64,000 nt of DNA from Eledone cirrhosa (taxonomy: Eukaryota), in assembly GCA_964016885.1 (NCBI GenBank), contig OZ024740.1, forward strand, positions 145,018,001-145,082,000, given 5' to 3'. The translations under genes and the position numbers were made by a program. This document shows positions 62,677 through 64,000 of this stretch, piece after piece. The notes beneath the pieces are model-generated. The model made no database searches. It was not told where the DNA came from and worked only from the letters and a program-made list of their open reading frames with translations. Positions within the stretch are counted from its first letter, which is position 1; each line of letters begins with the position of its first letter.

Positions 62677-64000
62677 GTAAGGGCCAGCTTACCCCTAAGA
62701 TTAACTATTATATGTATTGTTTGTTGGGTGCTGAAGGGTAGCCAGGTAAAAAGAAAAGAGCAATGCCCTTTTTTTTCTTTTATGGTTTAGTCATGAGAGT
62801 GAGGTGGTCCATTGTCCAAGGCTATCCAAGAAGAATGATTGATAGGGCTGATGGTTCAGTTTGAACTAAATACTTTACTACAGCTCTTTACATTGAATTT
62901 AAGTCTCACTAAAACTGGTTTTGACTTCCATTTTTTAGGAAAAATAAAATACATTCCAATAAAATACTGTGATAAATTTAATTCTATTTAGTAAACCCAC
63001 TTGCCTACAAATTTGTCATCTTGTATAAATAAGAAATTATTTTGTTTTAGTAGAAGTACAATTTGTATTTTAACAAATACATTATTATTGAAGTAAATAT
63101 ATAACAGGATTTGGATTTGCTGATTAAACTGAATAATTTCCCATAACAAAATGCATTTACTGTTTTGTTATTTTGGATATATGTTGTTTAATGGTAAATT
63201 TTCAGAAGTGTGACATCATAGTTAATATCTAAAGGTGATCATTATGCTTGGGTAGAACGACAGTACTGAAGTAGTCAAAGCATTTTGAAGCATCCTACAG
63301 ATCTTTCCCTCCCTCATATATACCTTACTTAACACAATTCTGGAACAACTATATTTAATCATCATCATTTAGTGTCTGTTTTCCCTGCTGGCAAAGATTG
63401 GCTGGGTCTTCACAGACTGGATTAGTACTTAAGCAGAGCTACTGGTGAGTCCATACTATGGTGGTTGTTATGTCTTTGTCATACAATGTTTGACTGCACA
63501 AGGTAGAGCATCAGTCAGAGAAAGGCATGTGTGTTTTGGCAGCCTCATTTGCTCTTGTTTGTAGCTACTAGCAATAAGTATAACAGAGATAGACAAGAGA
63601 TTGATTCTCTCATTGCATAGAATCAGTGAGTCTCAATGAATCAACATTGATTTTTGTAAGACTCACTGGCTAACAACTCAATCCAGAACATATATCTGAA
63701 GGAATGGCAGCTATAGTGGGACTAGTAATTTATGTGAGATTTTATTAATAACATGAGCCAATAGTATGATAGCTTTAGATGGTCGATACTGCTTACTTTG
63801 TAATATCTTCATTCACTCTCTGGAAAAAAAAATACTTCAATTTTGTGAATTCTCAAAGAGAAACTTAGAGGAAAATAACACCAGTTACTACTAGGGATGT
63901 GGCACAAGTGAATTTAACGATGAAGTTTTTGGTGACTTGACAGTTCTAATTTAAAAAAAAAGGAATTTTAAAATGGCAAATAGAATGTGATGTTCATAGG

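Overview
AT-rich, repeat-saturated animal DNA. The SINE/LINE repertoire and microsatellite load suggest a cephalopod, probably Octopus (inference). There are no prokaryotic features, and almost all short ORFs in the track are spurious. The only host gene I can support is a Tweety (TTYH) family gene on the + strand. It has three phase-consistent coding exons (56815-56975, 61685-61796, 62441-62676); the first coding exon was not found, so most of the window may be one very large intron. The rest is transposon debris: an intron-containing Helitron 5' half with a nested R4/Dong-like RLE retrotransposon, CR1, several RTE LINEs, an L1/Tx1 LINE, a Penelope-like RT, a TIR-bounded mariner, tRNA-SINEs and TTAA-type MITEs. 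The most notable signal is a set of non-coding elements next to (TA)n tracts that carry type I hammerhead ribozyme folds. I find seven copies from five unrelated sequence families, mostly in outward-facing inverted repeats resembling Penelope pLTRs or retrozymes. They include a U3-A8 covariant core and a ~460-bp-arm hairpin inside a tweety intron.
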